The notes under the pieces: model-generated
The model's database searches: none
What the model saw: the letters and a program-made list of their open reading frames with translations, nothing else
Told to the model about the DNA's origin: nothing
Shown here: piece after piece, positions 1-9,570 of the stretch
Layout: every line of letters begins with the position of its first letter
Position numbering within the stretch: position 1 is the stretch's first letter
Translations under genes and position numbers: made by a program
Source of the DNA: a virus
DNA: 64,000 nucleotides
Reading direction: 5' to 3' (one strand)
IMG/VR virus record: IMGVR_UViG_3300025298_000103
Span: 6,642 to 70,641 of that record

Positions 1-1
1 C

Positions 2-940
2 TTGTTTCCGCATGGATGAATAGCTGCCGACGGCTGTAACGTTTATCATCGGCTGGTGAAGTGTCTGCGATTTAGGAGCAAGGCTCGCCAGGTGTTTGAT
101 TTCACCGATGTGCGGGTTGAGTGTCTTAGGGTAGAAGTTGCTAAGATTTTTGCTGACGATCTCAGGTAGCTTTTTACTTATATTGTTGTAGGCTTCAACA
201 ATTCGGGTGGCTTCGTTTTCTTTCCGTTCTTTGTGCTGTTGAGTGACATACCCCAAGAAGCGGAGTTTCTTCATGGTGACAGCGGGAAGTTCGCTTGGGT
301 CTTCCGAGTTGCGCATGCCAAATTCAAGATCTTTTTCCCAGACTTTAACGGCCTCGCCTATGTTTGTGAGCGCCCAGCTGGAGAAGATATCAATTGCCAT
401 CGGTACTAGGAAAAAATCAACAGCTAACAATATAGCTCGGTTGATCGCTCCGAGAGATGGGCCCATGTCAAAGAATATGTAATCGTAATTCTTGGCTTGT
501 TCGATGACATTATGAAATACGAGCGTAGTTCTCAGTCCTCGAATGCCACCTGCTTTCGCTTCTCGCCAATCTTGTGCGAGCAAGTCTTCTTTCAGAGCTA
601 GCCGTGGGTCGCCAATAATTACATCAAATCCGAAGTTTTTGGTTTTGCTGATCGGCAAGTCAGTGGTGTAGCCTCTGCCGGTCGAAAGTGGGTGAATTAC
701 ACTGTAGATAGTGTGTGGGTCTTTGCTGGTGTAAATTTTAAGGAAGTCTTCGTCGGTTAAGACATACTGGGTCAAGTTGCATTGTGGGTCTGCATCGATG
801 ACGAGAACTTTCTTTCCGTGATTAAGAGTCAGCTCTGCGGCAAGGTTGGCGACCAGAGTAGTTTTACCTACCCCCCCTTTGTTGTTGAAGAAGCAAATAG
901 ACTTCGGTAGATCAGAAGGTGTGACCGAGGTTCTAGGCAT
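2..940 (-). CDS. ParA/Soj-family ATPase (3' end runs off the window)
   Basis: Not in the ORF track. Manual translation from ATG at 940 gives MPRTSVTPSDLPKSICFFNNKGGVGKTTLVANLA...VLVIDADPQCNLT...YIFFDMGPSLGAIN, i.e. deviant Walker A, A' and B motifs; the frame is open to the window edge. Confidence 0.88.
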   Translation of the reverse strand, partial: MPRTSVTPSDLPKSICFFNNKGGVGKTTLVANLAAELTLNHGKKVLVIDADPQCNLTQYVLTDEDFLKIYTSKDPHTIYSVIHPLSTGRGYTTDLPISKTKNFGFDVIIGDPRLALKEDLLAQDWREAKAGGIRGLRTTLVFHNVIEQAKNYDYIFFDMGPSLGAINRAILLAVDFFLVPMAIDIFSSWALTNIGEAVKVWEKDLEFGMRNSEDPSELPAVTMKKLRFLGYVTQQHKERKENEATRIVEAYNNISKKLPEIVSKNLSNFYPKTLNPHIGEIKHLASLAPKSQTLHQPMINVTAVGSYSSMRKQ

Positions 941-1133
941 GAGCGTTGGCGGTCCATGTCATTTTTGGAAAGCAAGAATGGTACTCGAAGGAGCCAGCGG
1001 GAGGGAGGGGGATTTGAAGGGGGCGGGTAGCTAGGTAGCTCAAGCGGGCTGAGCTGCTCGGTACAAAATTGGTACATGAAGAAATTTCGGTGTTCTCAGC
1101 CCTTGTAGATCAAGGATTGGAAGAAGTAGCCTC

Positions 1134-1208
1134 CCAATCCATCATCGGGGCGACGGAGAAGCGGCGGGAGAGCGGTTGGGCGATGGTTGGTGCGGCTGAA
1201 TGGGGCAT
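1134..1208 (-). pseudogene. dusA: 5' remnant of dusA (tRNA-dihydrouridine synthase A); att site of a dusA-integrated island
   Basis: Translates MPHSAAPTIAQPLSRRFSVAPMMDW, then diverges to EATSSNP*. RFSVAPMMDW is the DusA N-terminal motif. GGTACA direct repeat at 1060-1076 just inside. Confidence 0.75.
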
Positions 1209-1658
1209 GGGTATCTGAATAAAAGAAGCGTGAGGCGGGGGAGGGAGTTTATCAGGAATGAGGGAGTGGGAGGGCGCTGGGGGGGAGCATCTGCGGCGAC
1301 CACGATTCTAACGTCGTGCTTATTACCTGGCTTCCGCTTGGGATTAAATAAATCTGTCCCCATTTTTATTGGGATCCATGGGGAGGAAGCACAAATTGAA
1401 AGTGATTGCTGACACCTGTTGTCTACATTGTTTCATTGATGATGTCGGATAACGACCCGGTGCCAAGTACGAGATTGCTGGGGGGCGGAAGCAAATCAAT
1501 AGGATATATCAACCGTCTTTCGCCACCGCTGCGTCAATATCAAACTCCGCACCTTGACTCCATAAGGCCGTCATCCATTATTTCCCCGTGACTGCACCCA
1601 GGGATCGGGTGGCCCGAACGCCCTTTGAGGTCGCGGTTTTCAGCCAAGGAGCAGCAAA

Positions 1659-2171
1659 ATGTCTGGAGCAACGCAGACCATTGACATACTTGTAACTGTT
1701 GATGCCGATTACCTGATCGCCCATCCCCATGATGTACAAGGCTCGATCGCCATGCTGGTGAATCACGATTCGGTCGGCAATAATGATGGCGGCGCCGAGC
1801 TGAAGGTAAACGTCAAGGAGGGCGACATCATCCGCTGGCGTGCCACCTCCCTCTCGCGCAACTTCGACCGTATCGCATTGATCACCAGTGTCGTGGGGCA
1901 ATCAGTGCAGGACAGTACCGGCACCATAGACCCCCCTCGCCCCCTTAACTTCTCTCCTATCCCGGTGCCTTATCTGGAAAAGGACAAAAAGACCATCGCC
2001 AAAACCGATGTGACCTACACTCTTTGGCAGTCCACCGCCTTAACGGCGGGGGACGTCTGGTACACCCTCGAGTTCGTCCTGTTGGACCGTCACCTGAAGC
2101 AGACCGGCCCATTCAATTGGGACCCTTTCATCCATATCAGTGACGACATTAAGCGGAAACGGTTTGGCTAA
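1659..2171 (+). CDS. AidA/PixA-family inclusion body protein
   Basis: 170 aa: IDILVTVDAD..., ELKVNVKEGDIIRWRATSLS, C-terminal FNWDPFI; AAGGAG RBS upstream. Confidence 0.75.
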   Translation: MSGATQTIDILVTVDADYLIAHPHDVQGSIAMLVNHDSVGNNDGGAELKVNVKEGDIIRWRATSLSRNFDRIALITSVVGQSVQDSTGTIDPPRPLNFSPIPVPYLEKDKKTIAKTDVTYTLWQSTALTAGDVWYTLEFVLLDRHLKQTGPFNWDPFIHISDDIKRKRFG

Positions 2172-2334
2172 AACAGTTGAGATGCTTTGGGGTTCTGAAC
2201 CGCTAGGAGAGTCTACAACCAGTTCCGCAATCAAAATTAGGGCCCGTGTAGGACGTGGGCTCCAGCCTTTCTAGAGAACGGTACTTGCGGAACGGATTTA
2301 TCATTAACTCATTGAAAGTGTTGATGTTTTATCT

Positions 2335-2381
2335 GGATTGCAAATCCGCCTACGCCGGTTCGATTCCGACCTCGGCCTCCA
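2335..2381 (+). pseudogene. 3' half of tRNA-Cys(GCA); attR-type remnant
   Basis: GGATTGCAAATCCGCCTACGCCGGTTCGATTCCGACCTCGGCCTCCA contains anticodon arm, T arm and CCA, but the 5' acceptor strand and D arm are absent. Confidence 0.85.
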
Positions 2382-2386
2382 AACTG

Positions 2387-2420
2387 AAAACCCCGTAGAT
2401 CAAGGTCTACGGGGTTTTTT
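2387..2420 (+). terminator. Rho-independent terminator after the tRNA-Cys fragment
   Basis: AAAACCCCGTAGAT-CAAG-GTCTACGGGGTTTTTT hairpin with T-tract. Confidence 0.75.
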
Positions 2421-2785
2421 ATTGGCTGGAGGAAAGCATCGTTTCGGCCTTTTCAGGATCGTTTCCGCGCTCATTCTCAAGCCGCTCAGGCTGGTGATTG
2501 GAGTCCCCTGCAAGGCTTTGTGTTCAAGCAACACCTTGCTGAAGAGGCCCGGCCCCGTCTGCTGCTACCAGGTGTTTGCTGATGCTGGCGACCGGTTACG
2601 CATTGCCGCAGGCTGATAAAAGAGCGGGGGAGTTGATGGCGGCGCAGGGTCGATCCTGAATAGCGGGACTGACGTGCGAGCGGGCCTGCAGCATTTTGTC
2701 GATTGGCCTTTATCCACTCGAAGCCCTGATTACCCATGGCTGCGCCGCTTGGGGGGAATGTTGCGAGGACTGCAGCCATGAAGGA

Positions 2786-3710
2786 TCACTGATAGTCCAG
2801 TAGCACGTTCAACGCGCCATTTACCGTTCCCGGTGTGGCCGTTGAACCAGTCCTGATATAGGACGCCTGCATGGGAATCGCATATGAACCACCGGTTTCC
2901 TTTCTGTAATCGTCCACTTGTATCGAGGTCTCCATGGTTGCTGGTTGCCCCTTGTCATCGGTGATCTGGATCTTCACGCTGCTGGCGGTTGAGCCGCCGG
3001 TAAGCGGTAACACGCCCGGCGCATTTTCGATTACGCCGCCGACCGGCTCAAGCAGGTAGCCAATTCGGTTGTACCCCTTCGGGCAGTTGTTGATCTTAAC
3101 CTGGAAGTTCTTCATGCCGATTGTCGAACCGACGTTACCTAATTTATTCAACAACCCTTTGGGCAATATCACGGTCTGACTCGGCACCGAGCAGGTTCCG
3201 GTAATTGGTGTGACTGTTCCAGACAGTTGGATGACGGCATATATACCGGTTTCCGGTAATTCTAAAGTATAAAAGCCTGAGCCCTTCGTAAGACGACCGC
3301 CTAAATTTGGTTGACCATCGCTGAGCAACTGCACCTCAAGTGGCTGGCTGAAAGTGATCGGCGAATAAACTCCTGTTGCGTATGCTTTTCCATTAACCAG
3401 CAAACGAGTAGATATACCCGAAACGTTTATTTTTACCGTCGGCCCGGGGCTCGACCAGAATCCACCATCCGGGTAGTTCATTAATTTATTGAAAGAACAC
3501 TCAGATTTACCGCACGCCTGCATCGGTGTGATGTACTGCCGCGCTAGTATGCTCCCGTTGGTCGTATTTTGCGGGAGTGATAACGATTGATCGAATACGT
3601 TTATTAGCGCCGCAGCTGCTCTCTCAAATGGTGATGCGGCAACAACTACTAATGCTGTCGTGCATAGTGGTGTGATGATCGTGTGCTTTTTTCTTTGTTG
3701 TAGATCTCAT
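2786..3710 (-). pseudogene. Fimbrial adhesin-type protein, frameshifted near its 5' end
   Basis: C-terminal pilin domain (CSVPSQTVIL...IPMQASYIRT...PGTVNGALNVLLDYQ). The RBS-linked ATG at 3710 is one base out of frame at the A6 tract 3687-3692. Confidence 0.75.
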
Positions 3711-3942
3711 TATATATCCTCTCTTGAGTGATTCTGATCGCCTGAATCTACCGCTGCACCAAACTACCAAGATATACTCTGGCAACCTTAAAGCACTGCA
3801 TTCATTGCGTCGAAGGTTATGGTGAAAGTTGTAGATAATATTCAGGTGAATCTGGCTTTTGAATAATATTAGTTGGGGATATTTTTTGAGTGAGGAACGA
3901 TCTCCCAAGCGTGTGTGCGTGAGCTCACACATTGATCCGTAT

Positions 3943-4968
3943 TCACTGATAACTTAGGGTGAAAGTCGCCAACCCGTTTGCGCTTCCCGGCGATACGTTT
4001 GGGGCAACTTGCACATAACGCGCACTCAGTGGGATCTGGAAAACGGACATGCCTTGTGTGATTGTGCCCGCTTTCCATTGATTGGTATTCCCAGCGGTGG
4101 TGGAATCGGGCCCATAACCGAGCACGACATCCTCTTTGAGGATATGAATACCCAGCCCGGACGCTGTTGACCCAGAGCTTAGCGACAAGATGGTGGAGGT
4201 GTTCTCTGGGTGGGCCGCATCTGTCAGTGTGACATAGGAACTGATCGCAGTATTCGGCTCGCCGCCAGAACAAGACAAGGTAATAGCGAAAGATCGTGGA
4301 GTAGACGTAGTGCCCACGCCCTTGAACGTTGTAGTAGCGACGTGGCCCAGCGATACCGGAATCACGGGCGTGGAAACAGTACAGGTCGGTCCAGCCAATA
4401 TGGTGCTTGTGCTTAAAACAGTGACATCCCAGTTCTTGCAATCTCCTAGCGAACAGTTGAACTTCATTGTCGTGGCAGTTTTGACTGATAAAGTTCCTTT
4501 TTGAATTGGGCCTGTCTTTATTAGTTCCACCCAGACGGTTTGCGGGTAGGAGTCACCATTTTTCCAACCAGTTGAACCAGGATTATTCGTATTTGGACCG
4601 GTGATTGGGAGGGTGGTGCCGCCCGAGAAGTTCCGGGCTTTCCATTTGCCCCACCACTTGACCCCCAGACCAGAAATATCGGTCTGATAGACATCAGTAA
4701 ATCCTGAGGCCAATTTTCCATTGCTCACAGTAGCCCAAATCGTATCAGTTTCCCTAGCCACCGCTCTATCTTGCAGTTGAGAAACTACCGGGGTGGATGT
4801 CCATAGTACCGATCCAACCTCAGCATTTCCTGGGACAGTGATGCTTGCAGGCAATGTAATACTGGATGTCATTGGGTTGAACCAACCTGCTGCAGATGCT
4901 TGTGCTGGTGTAAATAACAGTAAGGTTAGAATCAGTATGGTGGTGGAAATGTAAGTATTATATGGCAT
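3943..4968 (-). CDS. Chaperone-usher fimbrial adhesin (two-domain)
   Basis: Signal peptide; C-terminal pilin fold TCTV...IPLSARYVQ...PGSANGLATFTLSYQ. Confidence 0.88.
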   Translation of the reverse strand: MPYNTYISTTILILTLLLFTPAQASAAGWFNPMTSSITLPASITVPGNAEVGSVLWTSTPVVSQLQDRAVARETDTIWATVSNGKLASGFTDVYQTDISGLGVKWWGKWKARNFSGGTTLPITGPNTNNPGSTGWKNGDSYPQTVWVELIKTGPIQKGTLSVKTATTMKFNCSLGDCKNWDVTVLSTSTILAGPTCTVSTPVIPVSLGHVATTTFKGVGTTSTPRSFAITLSCSGGEPNTAISSYVTLTDAAHPENTSTILSLSSGSTASGLGIHILKEDVVLGYGPDSTTAGNTNQWKAGTITQGMSVFQIPLSARYVQVAPNVSPGSANGLATFTLSYQ

Positions 4969-5569
4969 GGTATTAATCTGACGATAAGGTTGGTATGAGT
5001 TCGAGTCAGCTGTCGAGGTGATTTATAATTGCTGTTCGGTGCTTTTGCTTGATAAGTGGGTGGGGTATCTATATTTCTTGGTTTGTGATGCGTTAAAGAG
5101 GCTGGCGGAGTTGTCTATTTTCAATGGAAGTGCACCTGTACTCAATAAGACGATTCTTATATTCGTGTCTCTAGATAGGAAGCCTATTGAAATATTTAGA
5201 GAGCCATACAGGTTTTTTGTTGTGTGTTTTGAGGGGGGGCTGATTTTCTATGCTGGAAATAACTTTCCAGCTGTGTCTATTAGTCTTCTTTGTACATGTT
5301 AAGGATGTTTTAATATTCAATCGTATGGGTTGTGATGAGTTGGGATTTTAAGTGGCGACTGCTGGGAAAAAATTAGATTGTGTTCGGGCGTCATTGGGGA
5401 GGCGCGGGGAGATTTTGAAGAGGGGCTGATGCCTTGGCTGGCCGCGGTCGAGCAGGTCGCGATCTATCCATTGGCCTTCTCGCTGTAGCCCCATAGATGA
5501 TGGTGTGGATGTTTCCTTGTGATGTCTCTGAATCACAAAAAAGGCCTGCTGCAGAAGCGAGCTTTTTTT

Positions 5570-5618
5570 CCAAACTGAAAAGCTCGTAGATCAATGATCT
5601 ACGGGCTTCTTATTGGCT
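5570..5618 (+). repeat. Degenerate copy of the tRNA-Cys 3'-flank hairpin
   Basis: CCAAACTGAAAAGCTCGTAGATCAATGATCTACGGGCTTCTTATTGGCT aligns with 2379-2427. Confidence 0.7.
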
Positions 5619-5853
5619 ACGTTGATGGCTTGGTAATGGCACTACTCGGCGAGCCCCCTCGCTTCGTAATTGCCTGCTCTGAGTGACCGGGGAGTGCCGC
5701 GTTAAAGCTTTATGGAGACCCTTTTGAAGCCCCTCAAAGTCTGCCTCGAGAACCTGTATTGGCTGGCCAGACATGTGCTCGAACAAGTGGTACTCAGCCG
5801 ATAACAAATGCCGGGTTAAGCAACCAACAAAGAGTTCTGATCTTTAACTACGC

Positions 5854-6594
5854 TCAGCTGGATATGTCGCCTGAGTGTTGTACAGGCACTCCGTCGTCAT
5901 TAAGGCTCTCGAACTCGATCCTTGTTGTACCGCCTGGAACCAAGGAAGAAGCTCTCTCGATCGCGAATGATTGGCTTGAATAGGGAAGCAGCATTGTCAT
6001 GGGAACCGGATAGCTGTTCGAGCCGCTCTTGAGGTTCACCGTGCCGAATGAAATGTGAAACGCTGAGTCATTCCTGACTTCCAGGCCCGGCTTGCCATCC
6101 TTGGAGTTCAATCTGGATGGAGTCTGGTCAATGTCGCCTGGCAGGTTGGCGGGCCGATAAAACAACTTGATGCGCTGGCGCACGGCAATCTGCAGGATGT
6201 TTTCATCCTTCGACTTCTGGGGGATTTCCTGCACGCTCAACCAGAACACCGACTCCCTGTCCGCCGGTAGCCCCGTGCCTTGATATAGAACCCGCAACTG
6301 CTGGCGGGCATTCCCGTTCAGGCGTTTCAGGGGAGGGGTAAGGGCAAAGGGTACGTCCTGATCGGTGCTGGCGCTGAAAGGCTCGATCCAGGACTGGATC
6401 ATGATGGCGGTCGATTCATCGTTCAGCACCAACATGGAAGCCTCCTTCTTCGGTCCAGTCAGTACTATTCGAGTTCCATCCAATGAGATACCGGCATGGG
6501 AGGGCCGGGCAAACAACGACAGGAATCCGGCAAACGCCGCACTCACGGCAAGGTACTTTTTCATGACACTTCTCAAAAGAGTTGAAAGAGACAT
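5854..6594 (-). CDS. Fimbrial periplasmic chaperone (PapD/FimC family)
   Basis: GISLDGTRIV, PFALTPPL, LPADRESVFWLSVQEIP and RIKLFYRP motifs. Confidence 0.92.
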   Translation of the reverse strand: MSLSTLLRSVMKKYLAVSAAFAGFLSLFARPSHAGISLDGTRIVLTGPKKEASMLVLNDESTAIMIQSWIEPFSASTDQDVPFALTPPLKRLNGNARQQLRVLYQGTGLPADRESVFWLSVQEIPQKSKDENILQIAVRQRIKLFYRPANLPGDIDQTPSRLNSKDGKPGLEVRNDSAFHISFGTVNLKSGSNSYPVPMTMLLPYSSQSFAIERASSLVPGGTTRIEFESLNDDGVPVQHSGDISS

Positions 6595-6869
6595 CAGTGC
6601 GCCTCTTCCATGTGGAAGTGTTCATAAATCAATGCGATGGGGGGCGGGACTTTCGCGGCATGTCCTGATAAATGTGCGGGAATACTAGTGACGTTGGATT
6701 TCCCCAGGTATCAGTCGATTCTTAAAATGCTTCCGGCCCCATTCCAGGGGGGCGTGGAGATAGAAGTGCACAACCGGGGCGAGTTCGCCGGAGCCTTCTA
6801 CCCACGGCGTATTCAACAAACACTCTGAAGCCTGCGCTTTCGACCGAACATAAGCCTGGAGAAGGTGAA

Positions 6870-6926
6870 CTCGACCTCCAAACTGAAAAGCCCGTAGATC
6901 AACGATCTGCGATTTTTTTGGCTGGA
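6870..6926 (+). repeat. Degenerate tRNA-Cys 3' end plus flank copy
   Basis: CTCGACCTCCAAACTGAAAAGCCCGTAGATCAACGATCTGCG...TTGGCTGGA aligns with 2371-2430. Confidence 0.7.
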
Positions 6927-7247
6927 AGAACGCATTCTCAAACCGTTCAGCTTTCTTCAGAATTGTCTTCGAGACATGCGCGGCCGCTGTGGATAGAGTG
7001 GTCACGCTTGCCCGGCCAGGTGTGTTTACGATGGATTGCTGAACGGCCAACAGCTGGTCAGGGTGGGCACCCATTCAGATAGAAGCTGCCGCAGGTGTCG
7101 TGTTCTTGGTCTGCCTCTTCGACGCTGCCGGCCCATAGGGCCGCCATCCTCGATCCCAAGTCGGTTGGGTTGCACCGTACGTCGTACATAACGAACCCAT
7201 TGAGATATTGCGCCCTCTACCGAACATATATTTCTGGAGAGTCGGCC

Positions 7248-7469
7248 ATGTACGATGACGCGAAGGTGCAGGCGTTTTCCGCCTTTCATGACTTGCTGAC
7301 GAATCCCGAAGTCCGGATGGATGCCCAGGAGCAGTACGATGAGCTGCTGCGGCTCGTCGACAACTTCAAGGCGAAGGGAATTATCGACGGGGAAGAGCGC
7401 AAGACCCTGATCGAGGTGGCGACGGTAGCTTATGCCCGCGCTGTGGAAGGTGTTGGAGGCGGGATCTAG
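7248..7469 (+). CDS. Small hypothetical protein
   Basis: MYDDAKVQAF... 73 aa with GGAGA RBS. Confidence 0.6.
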   Translation: MYDDAKVQAFSAFHDLLTNPEVRMDAQEQYDELLRLVDNFKAKGIIDGEERKTLIEVATVAYARAVEGVGGGI

Positions 7470-7813
7470 GCGAGTCGGGCTTTATCTGAACGACAAGCTG
7501 CAAGCCTTTTAAAATCAGATGGTTACGCCGTTTTTGCTGTGCTAACCTATTGAAATATCTGGTTTTATCAGTGGAATGCGGTTCTATCTGCGCCGATTCG
7601 GTTCTGGCAGTTGCTCCCACTTATAAAAATAGCTCTGTAGATCGATGATTTACGGAGCCTTTTTGTTTTTGGCCGCACTCGACATCCAGTCTTGAATTTG
7701 ACGCCAACGAACTTGCTTCAAGGGTAGGGGATGTATATATTTCACCCCCTTGCCGCAAGGCGCTGAAACGGCTCAAGCAATTCAAGCCTTTCAGATTGCA
7801 ACACCGCGCTACC

Positions 7814-7900
7814 GCCCGAATGGCGAAACTGGTAGACGCATGGGACTTAAAATCCCCCGCTCGTAAGGGCGTGCCGGTTCGATTCCGGCTTCGGGCACCA
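7814..7900 (+). tRNA. tRNA-Leu(TAA)
   Basis: 87 nt GCCCGAA...TTCGGGCACCA; anticodon loop CTTAAAA, long variable arm, GTTCGA T-loop. Confidence 0.96.
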
Positions 7901-7918
7901 TCTATTTCAAGGGTTTGC
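7842..7918 (+). repeat. attL core (77 bp)
   Basis: GGGACTTAAAATCC...CATCTATTTCAAGGGTTTGC is identical to 63490-63566. Confidence 0.95.
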
Positions 7919-7951
7919 GGCCTATAAAGCCGCAAGCACGCAACAAGTGAA

Positions 7952-7980
7952 TTGCCGCAATCCTAGATTGTTGCCGCAAT
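7952..7980 (+). promoter_or_regulatory. Putative integrase arm-type sites
   Basis: TTGCCGCAAT at 7952-7961 and 7971-7980; related copies near attR at 63379 and 63441 (inverted). Confidence 0.6.
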
Positions 7981-9006
7981 TCACTTGGTTGGCGAAACCT
8001 TCTTCCCCCTTCGATTCCTGATGTAATGCTCCGTCATGACAACCGTTGTGTGGCCGAGCTGGTCGCGGGCCTGGACGATATCGCTTGACTCCTCTTTGTC
8101 TGTGCCGGCTTTTGCCCGCAGATCCCTCATCTGGAATTCAGGCTTGGCCACTCCAGCGGCTTCTCTGGCCAGGTCAAACCTTCTCCGCAACATTGCCGTC
8201 GTCATCGGCGTGCCATCTTCCAAAACGATCAGCCGCGTCGAGCGGACCTTGTGGGAAGCCTTTCTTGCCAGGATTCGATCAAGAACCACCTTCAATTCTC
8301 CAGTGATCTCGATACGTCGTTTGGCCTTTGTCTTCCCTTGCTGAACAGTTAAGCGACCTTCGCGAATATCGCGCTCGTCCATTTTTAGAGTGTCGCCGAT
8401 ACGCTGGCCAGTCAGATAAAACAAATCCAAAGCGTCCCGAAGGCCTACATCTGCCTTGTCATACACACGCTTAAGCAGGTCATCCTCAACATAGGTATCG
8501 CGGCCGGTCTCTTTGTTCCCCTTGATTCCAGAGCATGGGTTTGCCAGGGCCGTATATCCCTTGTCGCGCGCGTAGTTCCAGATGGCGCTGAAGAGCGCCT
8601 TCTCGCGATTCGCACGAACTGGTGCAGAGGAACGCCAGGTCAAATACTGCCTGATGTGTATGGGCTCGATGTTGTCGAGTGGCCCGGGTGGGTCATCGAA
8701 GAATGCCAGCAGGTTCTTCATTTCCCGGAGGTTGTCTTTCTGGGTGTTTGAACCCTTTGTTGGAACAACTTCAACCAGGTACTTCTCTGCCACGTAGCGA
8801 AAAGTAATGACCTTAGTTGCAGCTTCAGTTGCGGTACGGTCGCGCTCGAGGCGAGCGTATTCCATGATCGCAACGCCGTAATCCTTCCCAAGATAGATCT
8901 CTTTGCGTGGCTTCCCGCCAAGGTCGTAGGTGAAGTACACCAGCTTTCCGCGCTTCCTTTCCCTGAGCCGGGATATGCTCCCAGGCTTTGTCGGTCTGCG
9001 TCCCAT
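7981..9006 (-). CDS. int: Tyrosine integrase
   Basis: TGQRIGD (R), MRDLRAK (HxxR variant), LGHT...TEHY catalytic motifs; adjacent to attL. Confidence 0.95.
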   Translation of the reverse strand: MGRRPTKPGSISRLRERKRGKLVYFTYDLGGKPRKEIYLGKDYGVAIMEYARLERDRTATEAATKVITFRYVAEKYLVEVVPTKGSNTQKDNLREMKNLLAFFDDPPGPLDNIEPIHIRQYLTWRSSAPVRANREKALFSAIWNYARDKGYTALANPCSGIKGNKETGRDTYVEDDLLKRVYDKADVGLRDALDLFYLTGQRIGDTLKMDERDIREGRLTVQQGKTKAKRRIEITGELKVVLDRILARKASHKVRSTRLIVLEDGTPMTTAMLRRRFDLAREAAGVAKPEFQMRDLRAKAGTDKEESSDIVQARDQLGHTTVVMTEHYIRNRRGKKVSPTK

Positions 9007-9213
9007 TTATCCCGCCTTGCGTGGCTTCCAGGTTAGTTTTTCTTTCGGATCTACCGGTCTACCGACAAGCGCGGCCGAGATCACGCATGGCCATCCACTG
9101 CGTTTGATAGTGTGGCGAATGCCATTTCGAACGAGAACTGCGATCTGTCCGGCCTTTGTCCTTGCGCCAGTCAGCTGACAAACATCCTCATGTGATAAGA
9201 ACTCGATAGTCAT
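9007..9213 (-). CDS. Excisionase-like small DNA-binding protein (DUF4224-like)
   Basis: 68 aa FLSHEDVCQLTG..., directly upstream of int. Confidence 0.75.
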   Translation of the reverse strand: MTIEFLSHEDVCQLTGARTKAGQIAVLVRNGIRHTIKRSGWPCVISAALVGRPVDPKEKLTWKPRKAG

Positions 9214-9570
9214 ATCTCATCTCTCCTTTTCATCATTTCCCACCGCTCAGCAGTCAGGACAATGAAGTTTCTGATTCCGGTCAGCACTGGGTGAAATCGC
9301 CGTCGAACTCTACGAAGAGCCCGGTTTTGCGTTGTTCTGGGGTTCGGTCGATCACGTCGAGAAGGCGGCCTACGCCGCCGTCTGGACGTCTTTCGTGGAT
9401 GTCGTATTGCATGGCTCCGCCTAGCCCGCGCTCGGCAGGCTTCTGAAAGTTGAGTGGTTGTTTCGGAAAGGTCTTGCAGACGCCGGCGTTGCGCGCGGCT
9501 ATGGTTTCAGCGTTCGCCCGGCCCGTTGTCCTGGCTACCCGTCGACTTTCCGGCGGGCTGTGGCGAACTC

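Noticed and set aside
2335-2381. Functional tRNA-Cys
   Set aside because: The 5' acceptor strand and D arm are missing; treated as an att remnant.
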